The notes under the pieces were generated by a model. The model saw only the letters and a program-made list of their open reading frames with translations, did no database searches and was not told where the DNA came from. Source: Thermoplasmata archaeon (GTDB lineage Archaea; Thermoplasmatota; E2; DHVEG-1). Taken from it: DNA of 61,425 nt. Where the stretch lies: the NCBI GenBank assembly GCA_003942085.1, contig DQIQ01000005.1, positions 1 to 61,425 on the forward strand. Reading direction: 5' to 3'. The position numbers were made by a program, and so were the translations under genes. Positions 1-10,171 of this stretch are shown in pieces (the stretch's first letter is position 1; each line of letters starts with the position of its first letter).

Positions 1-266
1 GTGCCTTGGTTATCGGTGGTTCCTGTCGCGATTTGGCTATAATTCAGGTCTGGTCCGTATTTCACCGTGCTACCTGTTGTTGAGGGTGTGGTCTCCCAAA
101 CCACCGTTATCGTGGTCGAAGAGTTCTGCTGCCAGTTCAGATGGATGTCATACGGCAGATCAGATGAGGTGTTGCGCTGAGTTGCTCCTGTAAGAAAGAA
201 AAGGTTGAACGCTGGCAGGATCATAAGAACACCGACAAACAAGCAAAAAAATTTTATTCCAATCAC
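1..266 (-). CDS. Secreted protein, N-terminal part (runs off window); FN3-like domain of purple acid phosphatase/metallophosphoesterase type
   Basis: Hand translation from GTG at 266: MIGIKFFCLFVGVLMILPAFNLFFLTGATQ...PYDIHLNWQQNSSTTITVVWETTPSTTGSTVKYG; signal peptide; GGGGA RBS-like sequence upstream; frame open to window edge. Confidence 0.7.
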   Translation of the reverse strand, partial: MIGIKFFCLFVGVLMILPAFNLFFLTGATQRNTSSDLPYDIHLNWQQNSSTTITVVWETTPSTTGSTVKYGPDLNYSQIATGTTDNQG

Positions 267-366
267 TAAACTATCCCCTATTAGAAGATATTTTTTCATC
301 TATTTCTTTCTCCTATAGGAAAATAAAGTGTCCGTGGTTATTTAAATCTTTGTCAGGATAAAATTA

Positions 367-392
367 GTGCTGGGGAAGGGATTTGAACTCTT
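367..392 (-). other. Orphan tRNA 3'-end fragment (T-arm plus acceptor strand, Leu-like); possible att scar
   Basis: Minus strand AAGAGTTCAAATCCCTTCCCCAGCAC has a TTCAAAT T-loop, a near-paired T stem and an acceptor-like CCCCAGC-A; no 5' half upstream. Confidence 0.55.
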
Positions 393-463
393 TGGAATTA
401 AAATCGATTTGATTTTTCTTCTGTTTTAATAACCGTGCTAATCGTAACCATGATAAATATTTA

Positions 464-546
464 CGCGGGGAGGGAGATTCGAACTCCCGAGGTCAGAGAC
501 CATAGGATTAGCAATCCTACGCCTTACCGGGCTGGGCCATCCCCGC
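464..546 (-). tRNA. tRNA-Ser(GCT)
   Basis: Minus strand GCGGGGATGGCCCAGCCCGGTAAGGCGTAGGATTGCTAATCCTATGGTCTCTGACCTCGGGAGTTCGAATCTCCCTCCCCGCG: cloverleaf, long variable arm, GCT anticodon, G discriminator, CCA not encoded. Confidence 0.95.
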
Positions 547-634
547 AGACGGAGGAGAAGATAATAAACCAGTCTGATAAAAAGGTTATGTCAAAACAAA
601 TCTTAAAATACCCACTGGTTCTTCTCCGATACCA

Positions 635-2074
635 ATGGAGGACTGGACTGAGAAATACCGACCGAAAACATTGCGTGATGTGGTAGGTAACGAACGCGCC
701 ATCTCTACCTTGCGCGCTTGGGCTGAACAGTGGAACCAAGGAAGAATACCGAAGAGCCGCGCCGCGATCCTCTCTGGAAAACCAGGGACCGGAAAGACCA
801 GCAGCGCCCTTGCTCTTGCTCATGACCTTGGATGGACGGTCCTTGAGCTTAACGCCTCAGATGCACGCAATGAAACATCCATCAAAAGAGTCGCTACTGC
901 AGGAGCGATCAATGAAACCTTTGATAACGCTGGGGAATTCACGCCATCGCGGAAGGGAGGACGAAAACTTATCATTCTTGACGAAGCAGATAATCTTTAT
1001 GAAAAGCTCGACAGATCAGAGGCAGAAGGTAATCTCGGGGACAAAGGCGGTAAAAAAGCAATCATCGACACCATAAGAATAACAAAACAACCGATCATCC
1101 TTATTGTCAACGATTATTATGATCTGACGAAAGGGGGAGGGGAAGCGCTCAAAAGCCTCTGCACCGTCATTCAATTCTATGATGTGAACCCAAATCATAT
1201 TGTTGAGCTGTTGAAACGAATCTGCAGACAGGAAGATATCGTTGCAGATATACAAGTATTAAAAACAATCACCGACCGGTCGAAAGGGGACGTCCGCTCA
1301 GCGGTCAACGACCTCCAATCACTTGGTTCGAACCGGAAGCAAATCAGCATCGAAGATGTGGACGTCCTCGGGTATCGAGATCGAGAAACTCTTATTTTTG
1401 ATGCTTTACGGGAGGTGTTCAAAACAAAAAGTCTTCAGAACGGCAGGGATTGCATGAGAAACACCGACGTGCAACCTGAGATGCTCTTGCTGTGGATTAC
1501 CGAAAATCTCCCCAGAGAGTATCTGGACATCGAAGATCTCGTGCGAGGATATGATGCGGTCTCAAAGGCAGATTTGTTTTTTGGCAGGGTTAAAAGAGGA
1601 AGAGCCTATGAACTCTGGTCGTATGCCTGCGATCTGATGAGCGGCGGGGTTTCGGTAGCAAAAACCCATAGCTACGGCAACACCCACTACATGTTCCCCC
1701 TGTGGATGAAGGAGATGAAAGGCAATCAATCCGCACGGATGCTCCGAGATGGTGTTGTAAAAAAGATCTCAATGCTGAATCATACCTCAGATCAAAAGAC
1801 CAAAGAAATGATCCTTCCACATTTCCAGGCTATGTTCCGAAACAACACGAGATTTGCCTGTAGGATGATCAAAATGTTGGATTTCTCAGAAAGCGAAGTA
1901 AAATTCCTTCTAGGGGAAAAACATCTTCATAAGATGAAAGATGTTGTGCAATGCGCTGAGAAAACCGACGAAAAACAAGGAGAAATCGAAATCACCGCTG
2001 TTGTTAAAAAGAAAGTTGAAGAAGAGAAAAAAGAAAGCAGTGATCTGAAACAACCAAGCATCTTTGATTTTTGA
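635..2074 (+). CDS. rfcL: Replication factor C large subunit
   Basis: WTEKYRP box, Walker A GKPGTGKT, ELNASD, DEAD-like Walker B, C-terminal PIP box QPSIFDF. Confidence 0.95.
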   Translation: MEDWTEKYRPKTLRDVVGNERAISTLRAWAEQWNQGRIPKSRAAILSGKPGTGKTSSALALAHDLGWTVLELNASDARNETSIKRVATAGAINETFDNAGEFTPSRKGGRKLIILDEADNLYEKLDRSEAEGNLGDKGGKKAIIDTIRITKQPIILIVNDYYDLTKGGGEALKSLCTVIQFYDVNPNHIVELLKRICRQEDIVADIQVLKTITDRSKGDVRSAVNDLQSLGSNRKQISIEDVDVLGYRDRETLIFDALREVFKTKSLQNGRDCMRNTDVQPEMLLLWITENLPREYLDIEDLVRGYDAVSKADLFFGRVKRGRAYELWSYACDLMSGGVSVAKTHSYGNTHYMFPLWMKEMKGNQSARMLRDGVVKKISMLNHTSDQKTKEMILPHFQAMFRNNTRFACRMIKMLDFSESEVKFLLGEKHLHKMKDVVQCAEKTDEKQGEIEITAVVKKKVEEEKKESSDLKQPSIFDF

Positions 2075-2076
2075 TA

Positions 2077-2892
2077 TTATTTTTTCAGGTCATCAAGCTT
2101 TTTCATCACATCGACTGCTTGCTGTTTGTATTCGTCTTTTATCTTGGTATAGGTCTCATCTGAGATGGATTGCGCACGGTATTGTTTTTCCAGGTCTTTT
2201 AACAACGACAGCAGCAATGTCTTCTTCGTCATGAGGTTTTCTTCTGATTCAGCGACCGCTTTTTTTGTTTTCGACCGTTTTTTCTTTAACAGAAGCAGCA
2301 GCAGTGCGAGCGCAACGATGACGACAACAAACACGATAACGATAATGGTGATGTTTAAGGGGGCCTCTGTTGGTTTGTATAATCGGACCTGCAGCTCGTT
2401 GCTCACATCAGATCTGTACAGGAGGTATTTGCCTTGGAAGAGATTCAAGTCGGTGTTTCCATCGTTATAGATAACCAAAAAGGAGACCGTATCATACAAG
2501 AGCGTTTGAACAAAGTATTGCTCTGTGGTCGGCAGGAAGTATGTCAGGGTAACCGTGAGTGTTTTCGTCGGTCCTATCGTCAGATTCAGGGCACTGAGGT
2601 TACAGGTCCTGGTATTCCCGGTAATCAGCGGGACGAGCTCTTTTCCTGACTGGGTCTCGACGATCTTGGTGTCTTGGGCGTTTTGTTGAATCCAAAAGCG
2701 AAGGAAGGTAGCGTTTTCCCCTCCGTTGTTTATTACTGTCACGGTTTCATCTACTTGCAGGCCTTTCGCCGCAAGGGAAATCTCGACGCGCTCTTCGGTA
2801 ACGATGACTCCTGTATCATCCGCACTCACGCAAGGGTATATGCTAATAAGTACGAGCATGCAGATGAGTAGTATTGCTCCTGTTTTCTTCAT
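2077..2892 (-). CDS. Membrane-anchored hypothetical protein (signal peptide, extracellular beta domain, TM helix, cytoplasmic coiled coil)
   Basis: 271 aa ORF with N-terminal hydrophobic signal and a TM followed by a Lys-rich stop-transfer segment. Confidence 0.75.
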   Translation of the reverse strand: MKKTGAILLICMLVLISIYPCVSADDTGVIVTEERVEISLAAKGLQVDETVTVINNGGENATFLRFWIQQNAQDTKIVETQSGKELVPLITGNTRTCNLSALNLTIGPTKTLTVTLTYFLPTTEQYFVQTLLYDTVSFLVIYNDGNTDLNLFQGKYLLYRSDVSNELQVRLYKPTEAPLNITIIVIVFVVVIVALALLLLLLKKKRSKTKKAVAESEENLMTKKTLLLSLLKDLEKQYRAQSISDETYTKIKDEYKQQAVDVMKKLDDLKK

Positions 2893-3101
2893 ATGAATTC
2901 TCCGTTACCATGTGTTACTCGTTTATGTAGTTTTCGATTTTTCTCCTCCGCAGGGTTACGAAACCGAGAATGCAGCATTCATGGTTTCTTCTGTTTTTTC
3001 ATGTTTGTTGTCGATTTCATTGGTGTTTTAGGACATGCTCAGAACTATTAATATAGAGAATGGAGTTACCCGTCTCAAAATAACAAAAAGGACGGAAAAC
3101 C

Positions 3102-3599
3102 ATGACGGTCGGAATCGTTTATTATTCAAGAACTGGAAACACCCGGGCTGCAGCACAAATTCTTGCTGAAAAACTCAAAAAGAAGCAGGCAGCTGTTGAT
3201 CTCATAGAAATCGAAGCGGTGAAACGACCAGGGTTTTTTACCGCTGGACGAGCCGCGATGAAACAATTAGAGTTACCTGTTAAAAACACCGATGTTGATT
3301 TAGGAAAATATTCTTCATTGATCGTTGGATCACCAACCTGGGGCGGATGCTGCTCACCGTTTGTTAAAACATTCTTTTCCTCTGCGAAAAACATCAAAGG
3401 GAAAAAAACCGCTCTGTTCATCACGGGTGGTGGTATACCAGATCCACAGGGAAAACCAAGAGAAATGATGCAACAAAGCCTTACGAATGTCGGGGTGAAC
3501 CTCTCTGACTCATTCCTTGGGCTGCAGATGAAAAAAGGCTCGATAGTAGTAGGGGAACAACATATTGATGGGTTCGTCCAATCAATACTCGAAAAATAA
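3102..3599 (+). CDS. Flavodoxin-like protein
   Basis: YYSRTGNT FMN-phosphate loop and GSPTWGG motif. Confidence 0.9.
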   Translation: MTVGIVYYSRTGNTRAAAQILAEKLKKKQAAVDLIEIEAVKRPGFFTAGRAAMKQLELPVKNTDVDLGKYSSLIVGSPTWGGCCSPFVKTFFSSAKNIKGKKTALFITGGGIPDPQGKPREMMQQSLTNVGVNLSDSFLGLQMKKGSIVVGEQHIDGFVQSILEK

Positions 3600-3638
3600 C
3601 TCCTTATTCTTTTATTTAAAAAAAAATAAAGAATCAGG

Positions 3639-4547
3639 TCACATCGTTCGTAACCGACGGATACGCTCATCGAGTGGTGGATGTGTGGACCATACCGAGT
3701 CACGAAGCGCTCTTTTAAAAGGATTAGAAATGTAGAGCGGTGCAACGGTCTTTGAGCCTTTTGGATCGTCAGGGAAATCCTCTCGTATTTGCTCAAGAGC
3801 TTGGGCAAGTCCCTCAGGGTTCCGAGTCAGATAAGCTCCATCGGCATCAGCAAGGTATTCTCGTTTCCGTGAAATCGCTAGATACGTCAACCGCGAGAAG
3901 ATAGGTGCAAGCACAATGAAAATAATCGCTATAATGATAATGATCCCGCCACTACTATCTCTTTTATTTCCCCGACCAGCTCCACCAAAGAACAGCATCC
4001 GTAACGCTATTTCTGCGATCAATGCAATCGCACCGACAACTCCAACGGTGACGGTCATGACCAGGATATCACGGTTCCGTATATGGCTCATCTCATGGCC
4101 AATGACACCTTCAAGTTGTTCGGTGTTCAGTTTCTGTAGCGCCCCCGATGTTGCACAGATGATGGCATCATCAGGTTTATGCCCCGTGGCAAACGCGTTG
4201 ATGTGATGGGATTCCTGTACATAGACCTTCGGGGTGGGCAGTCCAGCAGCAAGCGCCATTTCCTCGACCTTGTAGATAAGGAGTTTTTCCTCACGGATTT
4301 GCGGGTTTGCCAGTCGTGCACCAGCCGCTGAAATCACGCTTTGCACGGAAAATGAATACGTAATAAAGATGTAGAACAATGCGATCGGCAGCCCGATCAT
4401 CATGGTCAGAATTGGTGGCGCCCCGAACAGTAGACCTATTACAAAAATAAAAGAAAAAAGGAGAATGACCATGAACATACAGATGACGACGGTTTCCCGT
4501 TTGTTTTTCCGTATATGGTCCTCTATGAGTAGCGGTTGTTTTTCCAT
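3639..4547 (-). CDS. htpX: M48 family Zn metalloprotease HtpX
   Basis: NAFATG, HEMSH, SRKREYLAD, STHPP motifs; TM helices; adjacent to lemA. Confidence 0.92.
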   Translation of the reverse strand: MEKQPLLIEDHIRKNKRETVVICMFMVILLFSFIFVIGLLFGAPPILTMMIGLPIALFYIFITYSFSVQSVISAAGARLANPQIREEKLLIYKVEEMALAAGLPTPKVYVQESHHINAFATGHKPDDAIICATSGALQKLNTEQLEGVIGHEMSHIRNRDILVMTVTVGVVGAIALIAEIALRMLFFGGAGRGNKRDSSGGIIIIIAIIFIVLAPIFSRLTYLAISRKREYLADADGAYLTRNPEGLAQALEQIREDFPDDPKGSKTVAPLYISNPFKRALRDSVWSTHPPLDERIRRLRTM

Positions 4548-4568
4548 AGTATCAATCGGTTGTTACGC

Positions 4569-5132
4569 TTAGAATGATACTTTGGGCACTTCTTTTGATG
4601 CTTCCGGGATTTGCAGCATTTCTCGTGCTTTCTTCCCCATCATGTTGGCAAAAATGTTGCCGGGGAACGTCTCGACTGTGTTGTTGAACTTTAGTACTGT
4701 ATCATTGAAATGTTGCCGTGAGTACGCGATCTTATCTTCCGTATGTGTCAGTTCATCCTGAAGCTGCAAGAAATTCTGATTCGCTTTGAGATCAGGGTAA
4801 CTTTCCGCGACCGCAAACAGGCTTTTTAACGCACCGGTGAGCATGTTATCGGCGTTGATGCTTTCCTGAGGTGATTTTGCCGTCATAATAGCAGAGCGTG
4901 CCTTGGTGACGTTCTCAAGGGTCTGTCGTTCATGAGACATATATCCCTTGACGGTCTCCATGAGATTCGGGATAAGGTCCGCCCGTCGTTTGAGCTGCAC
5001 ATCTATCTGAGCCCATGCATTATCAATTTGGTTTTCGTATCTGATGACTCGGTTGTAGTAGCTGAAAAACCATAGCAGAACAACCACAACTATCAGCAGT
5101 ACGATGAGTCCTATTATCAATGTTAGGTCCAT
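4569..5132 (-). CDS. lemA: LemA family protein
   Basis: QLKRRADLIPNL and AVAESYPDLKANQNF motifs; N-terminal TM. Confidence 0.95.
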   Translation of the reverse strand: MDLTLIIGLIVLLIVVVVLLWFFSYYNRVIRYENQIDNAWAQIDVQLKRRADLIPNLMETVKGYMSHERQTLENVTKARSAIMTAKSPQESINADNMLTGALKSLFAVAESYPDLKANQNFLQLQDELTHTEDKIAYSRQHFNDTVLKFNNTVETFPGNIFANMMGKKAREMLQIPEASKEVPKVSF

Positions 5133-5212
5133 AGTTTGCCTCCTCTGGGGTAGGTGTAATAAGATGTTTTATTTAAACATATCGTGATGCATGAGCTGCC
5201 CTCAGGATTGTC

Positions 5213-5995
5213 TTATTTTTTCTTTGCATTGAAGACCTCAAATGCTTCTTTCGGGGTTGCGTTTTTATGGACGATTGCGTTCACCGCTTTCACCATACTT
5301 ACGGGGTTTGAGCTCTGGAAGATATTCCGCCCCATGTCAACACCGATGGCTCCTGCATGAATCGCATCATAGGCCATCTTGAGCGCTTCATCTTCCGGTT
5401 GTTTCTTCCCACCTGCGATCACGACAGGGACCGGACAGGACTCTATTACTTTTTCAAACTCAGGCACAAAATAGGTCTTTACGATATGTGCGCCGAGCTC
5501 AGCAGCCATCCGTGAAGCAAGACCCATGTACCGGGCATCTCGTTTCATTTCTTTGCCCACTGCGGTCACTGCAATAACCGGGATTCCGTATCGTTCCGCC
5601 AGGTCGATATACTGGGTCATCCCTAGGATGGTATCGCGCTCAAACTCAGCACCGACAAGAATCGAGTAGGCGACACCTGACGCGTTCAAGCGAATCGCAT
5701 CCTCGATAGAAACGACTGTCCCTTCGTGCAAGAGTTCTTTTCCAATGATGCTTGTTCCCCCTGAGACTCGGAGGACTATCGGGACATCGATCGTTGGATT
5801 TATGTAGTTGCGTAGCGCGCCGCGAGTGAGCATCAACGTATCCGCATATGGTAGCAAAGAGTTCACCATGGAATCAAGCTGTTCAAGCCCTGATGTCGGA
5901 CCCATGAAGTATCCATGGTCGACAGCGAGCATCACCGTTCGGCCGTCTTTTGGTTTAATGATCCTTGAAAGTCGATTTTTCATACCCCAATCCAT
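5213..5995 (-). CDS. lsrF: LsrF-like class I aldolase/thiolase (DhnA family)
   Basis: MDWGMKNRL start after GGAGG; AVDHG, AAELGAHIVKTY (Schiff-base Lys), AGGKK, GVDMGRNIFQ. Confidence 0.85.
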   Translation of the reverse strand: MDWGMKNRLSRIIKPKDGRTVMLAVDHGYFMGPTSGLEQLDSMVNSLLPYADTLMLTRGALRNYINPTIDVPIVLRVSGGTSIIGKELLHEGTVVSIEDAIRLNASGVAYSILVGAEFERDTILGMTQYIDLAERYGIPVIAVTAVGKEMKRDARYMGLASRMAAELGAHIVKTYFVPEFEKVIESCPVPVVIAGGKKQPEDEALKMAYDAIHAGAIGVDMGRNIFQSSNPVSMVKAVNAIVHKNATPKEAFEVFNAKKK

Positions 5996-6406
5996 AAGCG
6001 TATTCCTCCATTTCTCTTGTAAACAGACGAGCAATATATAAATTATTACTGTTGATGCCCAGGAGAGCGTCTTACTTGGGATATCAGGAGGTTTTTTTAT
6101 TTAGAACGTCCGAACAATTGTAGCTTCGGTGTAATTTATCATTATTAAGGCAGGATTTTCTCCTTTGATTCATCATGCGAGCTTAATTGTGTAGCCGTGT
6201 AAAGATAACTCACAGATGAACGTGTAACAATAAAAGAATCTCGAGGGGAGTGTTTTTATTTAAATATAAAAAACATATATAAGAGATTATTAAATATGTA
6301 AAGAGAAATATTGTTATATATATTATGAATATATTTTTTTCAAAACATTTATATGCATCTACAAGATAATATTCTCAAACCTGATTATTAGGAAAGATTA
6401 CAAAAA

Positions 6407-7765
6407 ATGGAACACTTACCTTCAAGACCACTTGGTATTGACATACTCAAAGAAGTACCTTGGGGGACGCATCTATGCTGTTTTTATGAATCAATCGAAG
6501 ACTACTTCGATATCGTCAATCCCTATCTTAAAACAGGTCTCGAAAACAATGAATTCTGCACCTGGGTCATTCCAAAATGCATTGAAAAGGAAAAAGCAAT
6601 CGATGTTTTACAAAAAGTAGTCCCTGATCTTCAGAACTATATTCGAAAGAACCATCTCGAGATTCTTGAATATGATGAATGTTATATCAATAAAAAAAGA
6701 TTCGACGGGGAAGTCATCCTTGCTGGTTGGAGAAAAAAATTCAAGACAGCGCTCTCCACAGGATTTGAAGGAGTCAGGCTCGCTGGGGACATTTCATGGA
6801 TTGAAAAGAATCAATGGGATGACTTTGCCAGGTATGAATATGAAGTCAACAAAGAGTTCTACAATAAAAGAATGCTTGCCATCTGCTCGTACCCTCTTGA
6901 GATCCTTGGAGCAAAAGAAATCTTTGACGTTTTAGAGAATCATCACTATACCTTGATCAGGCGCAACGGCAAATGGATCGTTGCAAGAAGTTTTGTAGAC
7001 ATGCTCAACAAGCTGCTTGAAATCCACTATCACCTCAGGGGAGAAAATATTGATTTAATTCGACAGATCGGGATATCATCCCATGAGATAAAGACACCGT
7101 TGACATCAATGAAAGGGTACACACAAATCCTGTTAAAAGGACAACTCGGTACAATCACGGGACCACAAAAGAACGCCCTTGAAATCCTGGAAAAAAATAT
7201 TAACCATTTGAACACCCTGGTTGGCAATTATCTTAGCTTGGTGCAACTAAAAACAGGGACAATGACCATTATAACAGAGAAGATCTCACTGCACAGTCTC
7301 ATCAAAGAGACCATGAACATTATTTCCCCCTTGGCTGATTCAGAGGAAATAAAAATAAATGTCCGATTGGAGGCGGGTTTACCGCAGCTCAGTATTGATT
7401 TTATAAAGATGCAGCAGGTCCTCATAAATATCATTGGGAACGCCCTGAAATTTTCATCAAAAGGGTCATCGATCAATGTTCATATCAGCAAAAAAAATAA
7501 AGACATCCTGTTTGAGATCCAGGATTATGGTCTAGGCATCCCCAAGGATGAACATAAAAAAATTTTTGATATGTTCTTCCAATCTGAATCAACTAAAAAG
7601 AAAAACGTAAAAGGAACCGGCCTGGGACTTCCCATCGCAAAGACCATCATTGAAGCACACGGGGGGCAGATATGGGTTGATAGCACCCTGGGCAAAGGAA
7701 GCACGTTTAGTTTCACTCTTCCCATCAAATCAGTGAAAACACCAAAAATAATTCCCCTGTTATAG
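6407..7765 (+). CDS. MEDS-domain sensor histidine kinase
   Basis: WGTHLCCFY...GVRLAGD...AICSY (MEDS); SHEIKTP H-box; NALKF, DYGLGI, GTGLGL boxes. Confidence 0.9.
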   Translation: MEHLPSRPLGIDILKEVPWGTHLCCFYESIEDYFDIVNPYLKTGLENNEFCTWVIPKCIEKEKAIDVLQKVVPDLQNYIRKNHLEILEYDECYINKKRFDGEVILAGWRKKFKTALSTGFEGVRLAGDISWIEKNQWDDFARYEYEVNKEFYNKRMLAICSYPLEILGAKEIFDVLENHHYTLIRRNGKWIVARSFVDMLNKLLEIHYHLRGENIDLIRQIGISSHEIKTPLTSMKGYTQILLKGQLGTITGPQKNALEILEKNINHLNTLVGNYLSLVQLKTGTMTIITEKISLHSLIKETMNIISPLADSEEIKINVRLEAGLPQLSIDFIKMQQVLINIIGNALKFSSKGSSINVHISKKNKDILFEIQDYGLGIPKDEHKKIFDMFFQSESTKKKNVKGTGLGLPIAKTIIEAHGGQIWVDSTLGKGSTFSFTLPIKSVKTPKIIPLL

Positions 7766-7909
7766 AATTCGAAGATTCAAATCTCCCTTTTTTATTTAAT
7801 TTTGTTCCCATGTCTCGATATTTCTCAGGAGGTCATATCCAGTTTTGGGTTGGCAAACCTTTTTTATGTGCCGTGGTGTTACCAGTCCGTACTATAAGGG
7901 AGGCAACCT

Positions 7910-9358
7910 ATGCCAAGTATTGAGAATTTAGAGCCAAAACTCGTATGGAAACATTTTGATGAGATTAGGAAAATCCCACGCTGTTCAAAACATGAGGAAA
8001 AAATCAGGGAATACATTGTTAATTTTGGTAAGAAACAAGGGCTGAAAACAAAAGTAGATTCTGTCGGAAACGTCGTCATATTAAAACCGGCATCCTCCGG
8101 GATGCAAAACAAACCCACAGTGATTCTGCAAGGCCACATGGACATGGTCTGCGAAAAGAACAGTGACGTGAAATTCGATTTTTCCAAAGACCCCATCCAG
8201 CTAAAAATCAACGGAGATCTGCTCACCGCGGATGGAACGACCCTTGGTGCAGACAACGGCATAGGGCTTGCGATTAGTCTAGCAATCCTGGAGGATAAGA
8301 ATCTTCGACACGGACCGATCGAATCATTATACACCATCGATGAGGAGACCGGGCTTACTGGCGCGTTTGCCATGAAATCAGACATGCTGACCGGCAAGGT
8401 AATGCTTAACCTTGATAGCGAGGATTTCGGGGTTATTACAGTCGGATGCGCAGGCGGAGGAGACTCAGTACTAGAACTTCCAGTAAAAATGCAACCCGTT
8501 CAAGGAGGAATGGAAAACATAGTCGTCAAAGCCTCCGGTCTTCGAGGGGGACACTCAGGGGTTGATATCCACGAACAGCGAGGAAACGCCATAAAAATCC
8601 TGACGCGGCTGTTATGGAAGACGTCACAGAAGTTCGATTTCTTCCTCTTTGACATCAAAGGTGGGGACAAACATAATGCAATTCCACGTGAGGCGTATGC
8701 AAAAGTTGCTATCGAAAAGAAAAATAAAAACGCTTTTGTCACTGCGTTGAAGACAGAAGAAAAAGATATCTTTGATGAAATCAGACCGATTGACCCGAAT
8801 TTCAAAGTCGATGTTGAGTCCTGCGAACCATCCAAGACAGCCTTGGATAAAACATCTCAGGCTAAAATTCTCAACCTTTTACATGGACTACCGCACGGTG
8901 TCCATCAGATGAACTACGATATCAAGACACTGGTCAATACCTCCACGAACCTTGCCACGGTCTCCGTTAAGGAAAACACGGTATCCATTGGGATGAGCTC
9001 CCGAAGTCCGATGAAATCCGCGCTCCAGGACATGCGGGATCGCATCAAAGCGATCGCATCACTCTCTGGTGCTACCGTATCAGAAGGAACGCCCTATCCT
9101 GGCTGGAAACCTGATCTTCAATCAAAGATCCTAGCGCTATCAAAGAAAACATTCAAAGACATGTTCAACGCTGAACCTAAAATAGAGGCGATACACGCGG
9201 GACTTGAATGCGGCATTATTGGTGAGAAATTCCCAGGGATGGACATGATCTCCATCGGACCAACCTTGAAAAACCCGCATTCACCTGAGGAGCAGCTTCA
9301 TATCAGCACTGTCCCTAAATTCTACAAATATCTCCTCAAGATCCTCGAGTCGGTCTAA
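7910..9358 (+). CDS. pepD: Aminoacyl-histidine dipeptidase (M20C)
   Basis: QGHMDMVCEK, TTLGADNGIG, DEETG, GGHSG, IHAGLECG motifs. Confidence 0.95.
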   Translation: MPSIENLEPKLVWKHFDEIRKIPRCSKHEEKIREYIVNFGKKQGLKTKVDSVGNVVILKPASSGMQNKPTVILQGHMDMVCEKNSDVKFDFSKDPIQLKINGDLLTADGTTLGADNGIGLAISLAILEDKNLRHGPIESLYTIDEETGLTGAFAMKSDMLTGKVMLNLDSEDFGVITVGCAGGGDSVLELPVKMQPVQGGMENIVVKASGLRGGHSGVDIHEQRGNAIKILTRLLWKTSQKFDFFLFDIKGGDKHNAIPREAYAKVAIEKKNKNAFVTALKTEEKDIFDEIRPIDPNFKVDVESCEPSKTALDKTSQAKILNLLHGLPHGVHQMNYDIKTLVNTSTNLATVSVKENTVSIGMSSRSPMKSALQDMRDRIKAIASLSGATVSEGTPYPGWKPDLQSKILALSKKTFKDMFNAEPKIEAIHAGLECGIIGEKFPGMDMISIGPTLKNPHSPEEQLHISTVPKFYKYLLKILESV

Positions 9359-9367
9359 GGGAGACCT

Positions 9368-10072
9368 GTGCCGGAAAGCTTTAGGTTTTCAATCATCATT
9401 CCCGTACTGCATGAATCAGAAATAATTAATGCACACCTGGAATCATTAAAAAAAATCGAGACAGACGAGCCTTTTGAAATCATCGTCGTTGATGGAAGCC
9501 CGGCTCTGGATACAATTAAGGTCATCACGGACAAAACAATCATCACCATCCCGTCCCAACAGGGTCGAGGACGGCAGATGAACGCTGGAGCAGCACGCGC
9601 AACTGGTGATATCCTTGTTTTTCTGCATGTCGATACCTTCCTTCCAACAAACGCTCTTGTCCTGATTCATAAACACCTTCAAAACCATCAGCTTGTCGGA
9701 GGTGCGTTTACCTTACGGATTCGATCACACAATCCTTTGCTCAGAATGATCGCTGCATTCTCCACGCTGCGTTCTCAGATCACTCGAGCCCCGTACGGGG
9801 ATCAGACCATCTTTCTTCGAAAAACCTCTTTTGATGCGCTCGGAGGATACTGGGACATCCCCTTGATGGAGGATGTTGAACTGATGCGACGACTCAAAAA
9901 AAAGAAAGGAAAAATCATCATCCTTCCAAATCCGGTCATCACCTCTGATCGACGATGGAACCAAGAAGGACTCTTGTATACGACTTTACGTGATAGCATC
10001 ATCATCACCCTATACTGGTGCGGAATACCAGCAGAAAAACTCGCGAAATTCTATCCCTGGCAAGAACAATGA
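9368..10072 (+). CDS. GT2 glycosyltransferase, TIGR04283-like
   Basis: SIIIPVLHE, GRGRQMNAGA, PYGDQ, PLMEDVEL, TSDRRW; adjacent to arsS. Confidence 0.85.
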   Translation: MPESFRFSIIIPVLHESEIINAHLESLKKIETDEPFEIIVVDGSPALDTIKVITDKTIITIPSQQGRGRQMNAGAARATGDILVFLHVDTFLPTNALVLIHKHLQNHQLVGGAFTLRIRSHNPLLRMIAAFSTLRSQITRAPYGDQTIFLRKTSFDALGGYWDIPLMEDVELMRRLKKKKGKIIILPNPVITSDRRWNQEGLLYTTLRDSIIITLYWCGIPAEKLAKFYPWQEQ

Positions 10073-10171
10073 ACCTAATAAATAGGTGAATATGAACCCT
10101 CCTTATACAAATTGATAAATAGAGGTATGGAATTCCGAACACAGAAATCGACACCGGGGAAACTATAAGAT

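Noticed and set aside
435-823. ORFs 435-686(+) and 524-823(-)
   Set aside because: They overlap the tRNA and rfcL; shadow frames
3122-3808. 228-aa minus-strand ORF and the many other short antisense ORFs in the track
   Set aside because: Antisense or out of frame to well-supported genes, with no recognisable motifs
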